Shown piece by piece: positions 9,027-18,207 of a stretch of 36,587 nt of DNA. Where the stretch lies: contig JAYTHY010000045.1 in the NCBI GenBank assembly GCA_043732185.1, forward strand, positions 1 to 36,587, written 5' to 3'. This DNA is from Fibrobacteria bacterium. Lineage in GTDB: Bacteria > Fibrobacterota > Fibrobacteria > UBA11236. Position 1 is the stretch's first letter. Every line of letters starts with the position of its first letter. Under the pieces are notes generated by a model. It ran no database searches. It saw nothing but the letters and a program-made list of their open reading frames with translations, and was not told where the DNA came from. The position numbers and the translations under genes are program-made.

Positions 9027-9055
9027 TTGGACTGGTAGAACGGTCCATCGGTTCC
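9027..9055 (-). promoter_or_regulatory. Putative ECF-dependent (autoregulatory) promoter
   Basis: Minus strand reads GGAACC-N17-GTCCAA about 70 bp upstream of the ECF gene, matching the general ECF -35 GGAAC / -10 GTC pattern. Confidence 0.6.
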
Positions 9056-9142
9056 CTCTTCCACGGCATCAAAAAAAAATCATTCCCCCAAATGCGAAAT
9101 TCACTGGAATAGATTAGAATGGCCTATGCTTTAGGAGGTTAA

Positions 9143-10867
9143 ATGGAAAGACGGGAAATCCTCTTTAATTCTTTGCTCAAAGGGGTAACACCATCCGCCC
9201 CGACACGGGTAGCTGGAACGGACGCCGTTTTCGCCAAATACGCAAACCCCGCACTGCCCAAACGAGCAGTTATTTCTGCTGGACTAGAACCCTTTTCAGG
9301 CACGTGGGATAAGCGCCAGGCTATGCATCTCCTAGGTCGAACCCAATTCGGGTTTACGAAAAGCGATGTGGACAAAGCCTTGACCTTAACGGCCGCCACC
9401 TGTGTGGATGCTTTGCTCAATTACGCCGATGAGATCATTGCTCCACCTGTTGTAGTGGAATCCACCGACACCGTTCCCGTAGGTGAAACGTGGGTTACGG
9501 CAGCGTATGATGGCACGATCAACGGTCTACGCGGCCGATCACTTCAATCATGGTGGATGCGTATCATCGTTAGCCAGTCGTTCTCGATACGGGAAAAGAT
9601 GGTGCTTTTCTGGCACAACTTCCTCCCCTCCGAAATCGATGCCGTTGGGGATGCCAGGCTGAGCTACATACAAAACGTGCTCCTCCGAAAATCCGCTCTC
9701 GGTAACTTCAAGGATTTGATCCGACAGATCACGGTTGATCCGGCGATGCTCCGGTATTTGAACGGCAACACCAATACGAATAAAAATCCAAATGAGAATT
9801 ATGGCCGCGAATTGCAGGAGCTTTTCACCATTGGAAAAGGCCCCGAAATCAGCGCCGGCAATTACACAAATTATACTGAGGAGGATGTGAAAGCCGCCGC
9901 CCGTGTGCTTACCGGATGGCAGGATGTGCGATTGACGATGACATCCGAGTTTATCGCAAACTCCCATGATGTAACCGACAAAGTATTTTCCTCCGCATAT
10001 GGCGACACTGTCATCAAAGGCCGAACCGGGGCCGATGGTATATTGGAACTCGATGAACTCATCAATATGATTTTTGGGCAAGCGGAAACCGCACGATACC
10101 TCTGTCGAAAACTATACCGATACTTCGTCTACTATGCGATTGATGCCGCTACTGAGCAAAACATAATCGGTCCAATGGCTGAAATGCTTAAAGTGAATGG
10201 GTTTGTGGTAAAACCGGTGGTGGCCGCATTGCTTAAAAGTGCCCATTTCCACGACGCCCTGAATATTGGCTGCGCCATCAAGAATCCGCTGGACCTGGTA
10301 GTAGGCTTGTTCCGGCAATGGAACGTTTCCCAGCCCTTGACCACCAACTTTCAAGAACACTATGCTTTTTCAAATGTATTGGTGCAGGAATGCGCCCGTA
10401 TGCAAATGGAAATCGGCAATCCGCCCAATGTCGCTGGATGGCCCGCTTACTATCAGAACCCGGTCTTCTATGAACTGTGGATCAATTCCGATACATTGCC
10501 CCGCCGGGTGCAGTTGTCGGATAAGCTTACCTTGGTCAATGGCTATGGTTATAAGGGATACGCAGGCAACCAGCTCTATGCAACTCTGGATGTAATAATA
10601 CTCGCCCAAAACACTTCGAAGCCCGGCACCGTTGCCAACTTGATTTCAGACTTAGCGGATTTTTGTTACCCCATAGCGCTTACGGACCTGCAGCTGAAAT
10701 ATCTAAAAGACACCATGATGGGTGGTCTACCCGATTATGAATGGGGAGTGGAGTGGGATGATTTTATAGCAGCGCCTACGGATACGAAACTGCGTTCTCC
10801 GGTTGAAAATCGGTTGCGTGGTTTGCTTCGCGCGATGATGCAACTTGCCGAATATCAACTTTGCTGA
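9143..10867 (+). CDS. DUF1800 family protein
   Basis: HLLGRTQFG, REKMVLFWHN, ALGNFKDL, DPAMLRYLN, PNENYGRELQELFTIG, YTEEDVKAAARVLTGW and PPNVAGW motifs; AGGAGG SD. Confidence 0.92.
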   Translation: MERREILFNSLLKGVTPSAPTRVAGTDAVFAKYANPALPKRAVISAGLEPFSGTWDKRQAMHLLGRTQFGFTKSDVDKALTLTAATCVDALLNYADEIIAPPVVVESTDTVPVGETWVTAAYDGTINGLRGRSLQSWWMRIIVSQSFSIREKMVLFWHNFLPSEIDAVGDARLSYIQNVLLRKSALGNFKDLIRQITVDPAMLRYLNGNTNTNKNPNENYGRELQELFTIGKGPEISAGNYTNYTEEDVKAAARVLTGWQDVRLTMTSEFIANSHDVTDKVFSSAYGDTVIKGRTGADGILELDELINMIFGQAETARYLCRKLYRYFVYYAIDAATEQNIIGPMAEMLKVNGFVVKPVVAALLKSAHFHDALNIGCAIKNPLDLVVGLFRQWNVSQPLTTNFQEHYAFSNVLVQECARMQMEIGNPPNVAGWPAYYQNPVFYELWINSDTLPRRVQLSDKLTLVNGYGYKGYAGNQLYATLDVIILAQNTSKPGTVANLISDLADFCYPIALTDLQLKYLKDTMMGGLPDYEWGVEWDDFIAAPTDTKLRSPVENRLRGLLRAMMQLAEYQLC

Positions 10868-10876
10868 ACTTGGGGG

Positions 10877-12451
10877 ATGCCGATGCATAGAAGAAAATTT
10901 TTGAAACTCGGCGCTGGCGCGTGTACGGTACCGATTGTCGCGGGAAGCCTGAGTGCAAAAGCCTTTGGCAGTACGCCCCTTTCCGCGCTGGTTGCCCAAG
11001 CCCAGACCGACCGGGTATTGGTATTGCTACGCATGGATGGCGGCAATGATGGGCTGAATACTGTTTTACCCCTCGATCAATATGCCAACTTAGCTAAAGC
11101 CAGGGCGAACATTCTCATCCCGGAATCCAAAGCGCTCAAGCTGGATACGGTTACCGGTCTACATCCTGCGCTTGTCGGCATGCAGAATATGTATAAAGAT
11201 GGGAAGCTGCGAATCGTCCAAGCCGTCGGTTACCCCAACCACAATCAAAGCCATTTCCGTTCCACGGACATCTGGTTCAGCGCTTCCGATTACAATGAAG
11301 TGCTTTCCACCGGGTGGCTTGGACGTTACCTGAATGGGGTTTATCCCGCGTACCCGGATGGGTACCCGAATCTCGATTTTCCAGATCCTCCCGCCATCCA
11401 AATCGGTTCTTCGCTCTACACCTTGTTACAGGGGCCTTCGGTTCCGATGGGTATGGCGGTGGCAAACCCCACGTCAATTTATTCGCTGGTCCCGGCGGGC
11501 ACGGATACGGCCCCCAATACGCCTGCCGGCCACGAACTGACTTTCATTCGTCTGATGGCGACGGAGACACAAAAATACGGTGAGTCGATTAAAAAAGCGT
11601 TGGCGAATGCCACCAATCGATCGGCGCTCTATCCAGCCACAGGGAACAAACTTTCCGACCAGCTCAAAGCCGTGGCCAGACTTATCGCGGGCGGATTGCA
11701 AACCAAAATTTTCGTCGTTAATCTGGGCGGGTTCGACACCCATTCGAATCAAATTTTAAATTCCGCGGGCGATACCACCGTTGGCACCCACGCCAACCTG
11801 CTCGCAAGCCTGGATACCGCCTTGACGGCATTTCAAGACGATCTTAAACTGCTTGGCATTGAGAAACGCGTACTGGGTGTGACGATGTCTGAGTTTGGGA
11901 GGAGAATCCTTTCCAACGCCTCCTTTGGAACCGATCATGGAACATCGGCGCCTTTATTTTTATGGGGCGCCGGAGCAACAGGTGGCATACTGGGGAAAAA
12001 CCCCACCATTCCGTCTGTTGTAACGGTAAAAGACAATATCCCAATGCAATATGATTTCCGCTCGGTGTATGCAACCATTCTACAAGATTGGCTCGGCGTT
12101 TCCGGAACGGAACTGAAAAATGTGCTCCTCAAAGACTTTACTACCCTGCCCATCATCAACACAGCCGTGCTACCACGCCTTTCGGGATCCCATTTGGAAC
12201 TTGAACAGAACTACCCCAACCCATTCCGAGGGGCCACCACATTGCGCTACCGAGTTGCAACCAGCGAGAGAGTGAGACTTCGATTATTTGACGCCCAAGG
12301 TACGTTGATACGGATGCTGGTGGACAGTTTTCATGTACCTGGAACTTATTCTCGCAACGTGGATGCCAGCACGCTTGCGCCCGGTGGGTATTTCTATCAA
12401 TTGGAAGTGGGAAGCCATAGCCAACAACGGCAGATGCAAGTCATTCGCTGA
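10877..12451 (+). CDS. DUF1501 family protein with Tat signal and T9SS-like C-terminal domain
   Basis: HRRKFLK twin-arginine motif; GGNDGLN, SHFRSTDIW, GGFDTH, SEFGRR, GTDHG and DFRSVYATIL motifs; C-terminal LEQNYPNPF...GGYFYQL. Confidence 0.92.
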   Translation: MPMHRRKFLKLGAGACTVPIVAGSLSAKAFGSTPLSALVAQAQTDRVLVLLRMDGGNDGLNTVLPLDQYANLAKARANILIPESKALKLDTVTGLHPALVGMQNMYKDGKLRIVQAVGYPNHNQSHFRSTDIWFSASDYNEVLSTGWLGRYLNGVYPAYPDGYPNLDFPDPPAIQIGSSLYTLLQGPSVPMGMAVANPTSIYSLVPAGTDTAPNTPAGHELTFIRLMATETQKYGESIKKALANATNRSALYPATGNKLSDQLKAVARLIAGGLQTKIFVVNLGGFDTHSNQILNSAGDTTVGTHANLLASLDTALTAFQDDLKLLGIEKRVLGVTMSEFGRRILSNASFGTDHGTSAPLFLWGAGATGGILGKNPTIPSVVTVKDNIPMQYDFRSVYATILQDWLGVSGTELKNVLLKDFTTLPIINTAVLPRLSGSHLELEQNYPNPFRGATTLRYRVATSERVRLRLFDAQGTLIRMLVDSFHVPGTYSRNVDASTLAPGGYFYQLEVGSHSQQRQMQVIR

Positions 12452-12481
12452 CTGCATACGCTGACTGGATTCGTTGACTGC
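12443..12481. repeat. Three-copy 13-bp tandem repeat
   Basis: ATTCGCTGACTGC / ATACGCTGACTGG / ATTCGTTGACTGC; the first copy contains the DUF1501 stop codon. Confidence 0.8.
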
Positions 12482-12504
12482 GCCCGTAGTATGAATCCGC
12501 TGAA

Positions 12505-13197
12505 TTAAATTGCGGTGGCTGTTTCGGGTTTGCCTTTGGGGTGAACGGCCTGCTGAATGAGATGCCTAATTATTAGAATGGCTATCGCCGTTGTGGCCAA
12601 TGCGGATCCCAAAATCACCCAGTTCCAAAGTGTCAATCCTTTGTCATCGTCCAGCCAGCCTTTGCCCATTCTTCCGATGTAAAGGTAAAGCAAAATATCC
12701 GGTGTCATTCCGACTACCGAACTCAATAGGTAACGCCTGTAGTCGAGCTTGGGAATGGTGAATAGGTAATTCAAAAGCGAATATGGTAGGAGAGGATTTA
12801 AGCGAATTAAAAACACTAGGAAAGCACCGTGCTTGGCAATTGCTTCAAACACGGCCTCGAAGTTTTGATTGCGATGACGCAGCTTCTCCACTCTATCCCG
12901 CCATAAACGTTTGCCCAGAGCATAAGTGACCACGACCGATGCGAGACCGGCCATGGAAACCAAAATATACCCGCTCCAAAAACCATAAATGGTTCCCGCC
13001 AGCATGATAAGCGGGGAAATGGGGATGAAGAAAACCACGCAAAACACGAATAGAAGAAAAAAGAGGATGCCGCCCCAATGGCCTTGGTGCTCGGACCATT
13101 CCACCGCATTCTGCAAGTAATCGCGAAAAGGGAAATACCAGTTAAAAGCGATGAGCCCTAGGACCACGAGGGTTATCAATAAGTATTTGATTTTCAT
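12505..13197 (-). CDS. TVP38/TMEM64 (DedA/SNARE-associated, VTT domain) membrane protein
   Basis: FIPISPLIMLAGTIYG, LIRLNPLLPYSLLNY and GMTP motifs; ATG at 13197 (MKIKYLL) chosen over 13290. Confidence 0.88.
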   Translation of the reverse strand: MKIKYLLITLVVLGLIAFNWYFPFRDYLQNAVEWSEHQGHWGGILFFLLFVFCVVFFIPISPLIMLAGTIYGFWSGYILVSMAGLASVVVTYALGKRLWRDRVEKLRHRNQNFEAVFEAIAKHGAFLVFLIRLNPLLPYSLLNYLFTIPKLDYRRYLLSSVVGMTPDILLYLYIGRMGKGWLDDDKGLTLWNWVILGSALATTAIAILIIRHLIQQAVHPKGKPETATAI

Positions 13198-13240
13198 GGC
13201 ATCTGCTGGACAAACATGGCTGTAAGTTGTCCATGAGAAT

Positions 13241-15670
13241 TTAGTAAATACCAGACTGCCAGGCCTTTTTGGCAAGAGCTGCGGGAGCATCCGGCCGACT
13301 GCCGTTGTCCGGGTCCGCTTTTAATAGCTGGCCGAAGGAGAGGACCTCGGTAGGGCAAGCCGTCACGCAGGCCGAGCAGCGAACGCATTCCACATCATTC
13401 ATAGGAATCCCTTTGTTGGCATAATTCATAACATCTATGCCCATGTGGCAGACCTTGGTGCAAATATTGCACGAGATGCACTTTTTCTTTTCCGAAAAGA
13501 TCCGGTATTTGGAAAATCGACTATAGGTATGCATCAAAGCGGCTAGCGGGCACCCATACCGACACCAAATCCGCCCGGACAAAAAGAAGTACACGCCAAG
13601 TCCGAGCACTCCCGCAAAAAGCACATCGATGGAAAGTTTGTATCCCCCTCTCACCGTGTCGGCAAGGAGGTTACCCATACCCATCCGATGCGAAGCATAA
13701 CTGCCTGCCGTAGCGACCACCGCCCAGAGTAAAACAAATTGGCCGATATGTTCCAAACGCTTGGGCGTCAAGCCATGCGGGGCCTGGGTTCGGTATTCGT
13801 CGCCCAATGTTTCCGCCATGCCCCCGCAACTGCAAATCCATCCACAGTAAGCGCCTTTGCCCCAATATTTGACAATAAGAAACAAGACTCCAAAGGTCTG
13901 GACAAACGGGAACCAGGTCCAAAATGTGCTCGTTCCAAAATCGTTCATGTTCAAAGGCCAAAGCAGGACAAACCCAAAACAGGACCACTTTCCGGAGGGA
14001 AACATTTCACGCAGGATATAGCTGTCCGGGGATAGATGGGCTTTGATGATGGGATCAAAAAGATGGAAGGGTAGAATGAAAAGAAAAAAGACTTGTACAA
14101 AAAGCAGCGTCAGCACTTGATATCGGATATATCGGGTCTTACGCACCAAAATCCTGCGAATGCCGAAAAGAAGAAGGGTGATGCAATACAGCAAACTGTA
14201 AAAGTAGGTGGGCTCTTCCACCCAACCCGCATTGCGGCCAAGCAGGTAATGGAAATACACCCAGGTAAAGAAGACCGCCACTGCTATGAAATAACCGTAT
14301 TTAAACTTACCCCACGCTGTGCCAAAATACTTTTCCCGTCTACGAATCATGATGACGAGCGCCAAAGTCCCGGATGCGAGAAAAACCATGGAGCCGATCC
14401 AGCCGAGATAGAAGTTTATTGCCGAGTACCAGGAGTAATGGTTTAGGTCCCAATTCAAATGGAAGGACAAGGGTTTGTAAAAATATGCCGAGGCTTTATC
14501 CATCCATCCGGGCGCATCCTGGAATAGATTGCGAGCTAAACCGGCTTTGCCAAAATACAGCATGGAGAAGAAACTGAGCATGGGGACCAGAAAAAGATAC
14601 CAGGCTCGATCCTTATCCCCTTCCATTTTGATGCCCGAACGCTTTAAAAATGTTAATGGTAGCTCACGGCCGATGAGTATAAATACTGGACTGCACTTGA
14701 TGACTTGGTCTTGACCGGCCACCGTCAGCAGGGCATCACCGGGACGGATGGCTTTGACCTGCGTATTGAACAAGGGCGTGATGCGGCCCGCTTTATTCAG
14801 CTCCTCAAAGGCAGATAGATTTTCAGCTTTTGGGCGCTCTAAAGTTTCCTTGCGATAGGCAAGCGTCACTCGGTTTCCCGCCTCCGCCAAGGCAATGGAG
14901 GCTTCCACGGCCGTGTCCCCTCCTCCGACTACTAAAATATCCTGCTCATAAAATTCACCCGGATCGAACAGACGATTGTAAACCTGCGGCAAATCCTCGC
15001 CTGGAACATTTAAGCGTCGCGCGTCTCCGGTCTTTCCAATGGCAACGATGACCCTTAAGGATTGAAATTCCCCTTGCTCCGTTTTAACGACTAAGATTTT
15101 CCCACGTCGATGGATAGCCTCTACGCGGCAGCCCAAACTGAGTTGTAAGGTTTTGCCTTGCAGTTGTCGGTGCAGATTGAGAAGTAGGTCTTCTTTATGC
15201 CCATCCTTAATTTCGAGTGGGGTATTCGCGCTATAGCCATCGGGTTTGGCAAGGATGGGCTTGCCTTTGGGGAAATTCTCAATAGTGCTGAAGAGTTGGG
15301 AAGATTCCAAAAGATGGTAATCGATTCCCAGATTTTCGGACTCCAAGGCACACGCCACTCCGGCCGGGCCACCCCCGAGAATAAGGACATCATACACTCG
15401 GCCTTGACCTTTGGAACGATTGCCGACGCCCTGTTTATGAGCTTTAAAATCCGCGTCCGTGTCTAGGCTTCGCACCACACGGCTGCCGCTTTCCGCAGCC
15501 AGCTTGAGCAGGGGAATGCCGGTGAGATCACCAATGATAAATACGCCCGGAAGGGAACATTGGTTGTCCTTATCTATAGCGGGATAACGCTCGACTACGC
15601 CTACCGGATTTCCCTTTTGCAGCCAGGCTAGATAAGGACTTATCAAAGGAATTTGCACGTAGAACCTCAT
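13241..15670 (-). CDS. FAD/NAD(P)H oxidoreductase (TrxB/YpdA-like, circularly permuted) fused to a polytopic NapH/CcoG-like 4Fe-4S membrane domain
   Basis: PGVFIIGD, YDVLILGGGPAG, VPGEDL and VVGGGDTAVE motifs; multiple TM helices; CGWIC, CRYGCP, CISCNICTKVC and CVRCSACVTACP. Confidence 0.88.
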   Translation of the reverse strand: MRFYVQIPLISPYLAWLQKGNPVGVVERYPAIDKDNQCSLPGVFIIGDLTGIPLLKLAAESGSRVVRSLDTDADFKAHKQGVGNRSKGQGRVYDVLILGGGPAGVACALESENLGIDYHLLESSQLFSTIENFPKGKPILAKPDGYSANTPLEIKDGHKEDLLLNLHRQLQGKTLQLSLGCRVEAIHRRGKILVVKTEQGEFQSLRVIVAIGKTGDARRLNVPGEDLPQVYNRLFDPGEFYEQDILVVGGGDTAVEASIALAEAGNRVTLAYRKETLERPKAENLSAFEELNKAGRITPLFNTQVKAIRPGDALLTVAGQDQVIKCSPVFILIGRELPLTFLKRSGIKMEGDKDRAWYLFLVPMLSFFSMLYFGKAGLARNLFQDAPGWMDKASAYFYKPLSFHLNWDLNHYSWYSAINFYLGWIGSMVFLASGTLALVIMIRRREKYFGTAWGKFKYGYFIAVAVFFTWVYFHYLLGRNAGWVEEPTYFYSLLYCITLLLFGIRRILVRKTRYIRYQVLTLLFVQVFFLFILPFHLFDPIIKAHLSPDSYILREMFPSGKWSCFGFVLLWPLNMNDFGTSTFWTWFPFVQTFGVLFLIVKYWGKGAYCGWICSCGGMAETLGDEYRTQAPHGLTPKRLEHIGQFVLLWAVVATAGSYASHRMGMGNLLADTVRGGYKLSIDVLFAGVLGLGVYFFLSGRIWCRYGCPLAALMHTYSRFSKYRIFSEKKKCISCNICTKVCHMGIDVMNYANKGIPMNDVECVRCSACVTACPTEVLSFGQLLKADPDNGSRPDAPAALAKKAWQSGIY

Positions 15671-15776
15671 TAACTAAAATAACTATTCGCATCTCTTTAG
15701 TCGCCGCCGCTGCCTTTTCGTTTCAAAATGATCACGGTTTAGTTATTCCAGATTTTTTCTTTGCTACACTTTAATC

Positions 15777-16619
15777 ATGGACATCTTTCTGGTGCAAATG
15801 GCAATAGCGCGGGGAAAGCCTGAATTAAACAGGTCTAAGGTACAAGCACTCACCGCGGGAATTGGACCGGGCAGAGGCGGCTTGATTGTGCTTCCGGAAC
15901 TTTTCAGCACCGGGTTCTTGGATACCAATGCCCTCAATGCCTCAGAAGCAGAAGCTTGGGCGGCCGTGGGTGCAGCGGATGGTTTGTTCTTATCGACCTT
16001 GGCCCAGAAGCTGGGATGTTACATAATGGGTTCCACGGTTGAAATGGGCCCATTGGGCGCAGTGGACTTGGAAAGCAACGGCGGATTTCGAAACTTAAGT
16101 CTCCTTATTTCTCCCGATGGAGTTGAGCTGTCCCGCTATCAGAAAATCCACCCGTTCAGTTACGGAGGAGAGGACCGGCTTTTCACCCGAGGTAGCGAAG
16201 TGGTTACCTCAGAAATCGAAGCTGAGGATGGCGGTGAGTCCTGGATTGTTCAGCCCAGCATTTGTTATGACCTCCGTTTCCCTGAATTGTATCGATCCGG
16301 TTCCCGACAAGGTGTTCACCTCATTATTGTACAGGCTAATTGGCCGGATGCGCGGCAAGCCCATTGGGAGACGCTACTAAAAGCACGGGCTATTGAGAAC
16401 CAAGCCTATGTGGCAGGAGTGAATTGTGTCGGGGATCAGAATGCCTTGCATTTCGCTGGCGGTTCGCTTTTGATTTCCCCTAAAGGTGAAACGCTGGCGC
16501 AAGGCGCAGCAGACGAGGTGCTGGTACACGGACAGGCAGACTTAAGTGTATGCAAGCAATGGCGTAAGCACTTTCCATCTCTCCGTGACCGAAGGCCTGA
16601 AGATTTTTTTAGACCTTAA
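15777..16619 (+). CDS. Carbon-nitrogen hydrolase (nitrilase superfamily, Nit-like amidase)
   Basis: Catalytic E-K-C motifs LPELF, YQKIHPF and ICYDLRFPE; ARAIENQ. Confidence 0.92.
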   Translation: MDIFLVQMAIARGKPELNRSKVQALTAGIGPGRGGLIVLPELFSTGFLDTNALNASEAEAWAAVGAADGLFLSTLAQKLGCYIMGSTVEMGPLGAVDLESNGGFRNLSLLISPDGVELSRYQKIHPFSYGGEDRLFTRGSEVVTSEIEAEDGGESWIVQPSICYDLRFPELYRSGSRQGVHLIIVQANWPDARQAHWETLLKARAIENQAYVAGVNCVGDQNALHFAGGSLLISPKGETLAQGAADEVLVHGQADLSVCKQWRKHFPSLRDRRPEDFFRP

Positions 16620-16685
16620 AGCCTTACCGTGACGCAATAGATTTTCGATGCAAGCACTTGTGATTTTGTTTATCTTCTGGTAAAC

Positions 16686-17159
16686 ATGAAAGTCGCCACG
16701 GAAATCTTGATTCAAGCCACTCCGGATACACTTTGGAAAATTCTCGTGGACTTTGCCGCTTATCCGGAATGGAACCGTTTCCTTAAAGCAGTTAGAGGCC
16801 AAGCCGCGCCGGATGCCCCGCTCGAAATCGACATTCAGTATTATGGGAAAAATGTCGAAAAGCAAGCGGTTACGGTAACCGGATTCATGGCGCCCAAGTA
16901 CTTCAGCTTTGTCTGGAAACACCGTCTGGGATCCTGGTTCCTGTCGACGGAATTCGTTTTTAGATTGAAAGATAAGGAAGATGGACGCACCGTATTTTTC
17001 CAAGAACTGTATATCACCGGATTGGGTCTGAAATTTCGTCGCCGTGACCTGGAACATGCTGCCCGCCTTTCCATGGACAAACTCAATGACGATCTGAAGG
17101 AGAGGGGAGAACCCGATGCAAAACTTGAAATACCTGATATTGGTAGTCGAGGACGATGA
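16686..17159 (+). CDS. SRPBCC (START/polyketide cyclase-like) domain protein
   Basis: EILIQATPDTLWKILVDFAAYPEWN, GRTVFFQE and a C-terminal helix LNDDLKER. Confidence 0.85.
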   Translation: MKVATEILIQATPDTLWKILVDFAAYPEWNRFLKAVRGQAAPDAPLEIDIQYYGKNVEKQAVTVTGFMAPKYFSFVWKHRLGSWFLSTEFVFRLKDKEDGRTVFFQELYITGLGLKFRRRDLEHAARLSMDKLNDDLKERGEPDAKLEIPDIGSRGR

Positions 17160-17544
17160 AGGTTTTCGCAATCTAATCACCACCATTTTAAGGGTTTCCG
17201 GGTACGATGTGGTTTCCTGCGCGGATGCGGATGAAGCCTTGGCATTGACCCGAGAAAACGGCTTCTTTATTCACCTACTGGTAGCGGACGTGCATTTGGG
17301 CCCGTACATGGACGGAATTGAATTGGCCCAAAACCTGCGGGGCGATTTTCCCAATTTAAAAGTCCTGTACCTATCCGGAAGGGAAGCACGCCAGGAGATT
17401 ATAATGGAAGCGGCAAACAACCTCGCGGCTTATTTGGCCAAGCCCTTTAAGCCCAGTGCCATGACAAATGTACTTACGCAACTTTTGAATCCAACAGCGG
17501 AACAAACACCGACCATCGCCCCTGTGAATGGCGTAAAAATCTAG
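17116..17544 (+). CDS. Single-domain response regulator (receiver)
   Basis: ILVVEDD, phospho-Asp in LLVADV, MDG, LYLSG and AKPF; no output domain. Confidence 0.9.
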   Translation: MQNLKYLILVVEDDEGFRNLITTILRVSGYDVVSCADADEALALTRENGFFIHLLVADVHLGPYMDGIELAQNLRGDFPNLKVLYLSGREARQEIIMEAANNLAAYLAKPFKPSAMTNVLTQLLNPTAEQTPTIAPVNGVKI

Positions 17545-18206
17545 TTGGTCTTTGCCCGCTTTTTGGCCTTGTTAGATTTAGCAGCCTTGGCTGCATTTTT
17601 TTGTTTGGGGCTCATGGAACCATATTCCCATAAATATTCTTGAACCTGGGCCATATGGGAAGCGTATCGGGACATGACAAAGAACAAATCACTAAGCCGA
17701 TTCATGTATTTGATCAGATTTCCGTCCACTGATTCTTGTTTGGCAAGCCGGAGAATATCCCGCTCCGCCCGACGACATACTGCCCGACATTGATGCAACA
17801 AGGCATTGGCCATGCTGCCACCGGGAAGCACAAAGGACTTAAGAGGTTGTAGGGATTTCTGCATCCTATCCATTTCCCGTTCCAGTTCGCGGGAATCGTC
17901 TTCATTGAGCTCTGGCATCCCAGAATAAATCTGCCCTGCAGGTGTAGCCAAGATGCTGCCCACATCAAAAAGCCGACTTTGAATTCGCCTGAGAGACTTT
18001 TCCAATTCCACCACGACCTTGAGAGGCAAACCGTTTTTCTTTTCATCCAATACTGTTCGTGCCGTACCCACCAAACAAATAAGTTCGTCGACGGTGCCGT
18101 AGCTCTCCAGCTTTTGACAGTCCTTTTCGACGCGGATGCCGCCCACCAGCGAAGTCTGGCCCTTATCCCCGCTCCGGGTATAGACGCGATTTATTAGGAT
18201 AGCCAT
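17541..18206 (-). CDS. ATP:cob(I)alamin adenosyltransferase, PduO type
   Basis: VYTRSGDKGQT, YGTVDEL, FVLPGG, RAVCRRAER and YMNRLSDLFF motifs; Lys/Ala-rich tail. Confidence 0.93.
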   Translation of the reverse strand: MAILINRVYTRSGDKGQTSLVGGIRVEKDCQKLESYGTVDELICLVGTARTVLDEKKNGLPLKVVVELEKSLRRIQSRLFDVGSILATPAGQIYSGMPELNEDDSRELEREMDRMQKSLQPLKSFVLPGGSMANALLHQCRAVCRRAERDILRLAKQESVDGNLIKYMNRLSDLFFVMSRYASHMAQVQEYLWEYGSMSPKQKNAAKAAKSNKAKKRAKTN

Positions 18207-18207
18207 A

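Noticed and set aside
12443..12481. CRISPR-like array
   Set aside because: The units are 13 bp, contiguous and have no spacers; there are no cas genes.
16542..17186. 214-aa minus-strand ORF
   Set aside because: It is an antisense shadow of the SRPBCC gene and has no recognisable motifs.
17116..17544. Response regulator as the cognate partner of the island kinases
   Set aside because: It lies about 14 kb away in the backbone, coupled to the SRPBCC gene; nothing in the sequence links it to the kinases.
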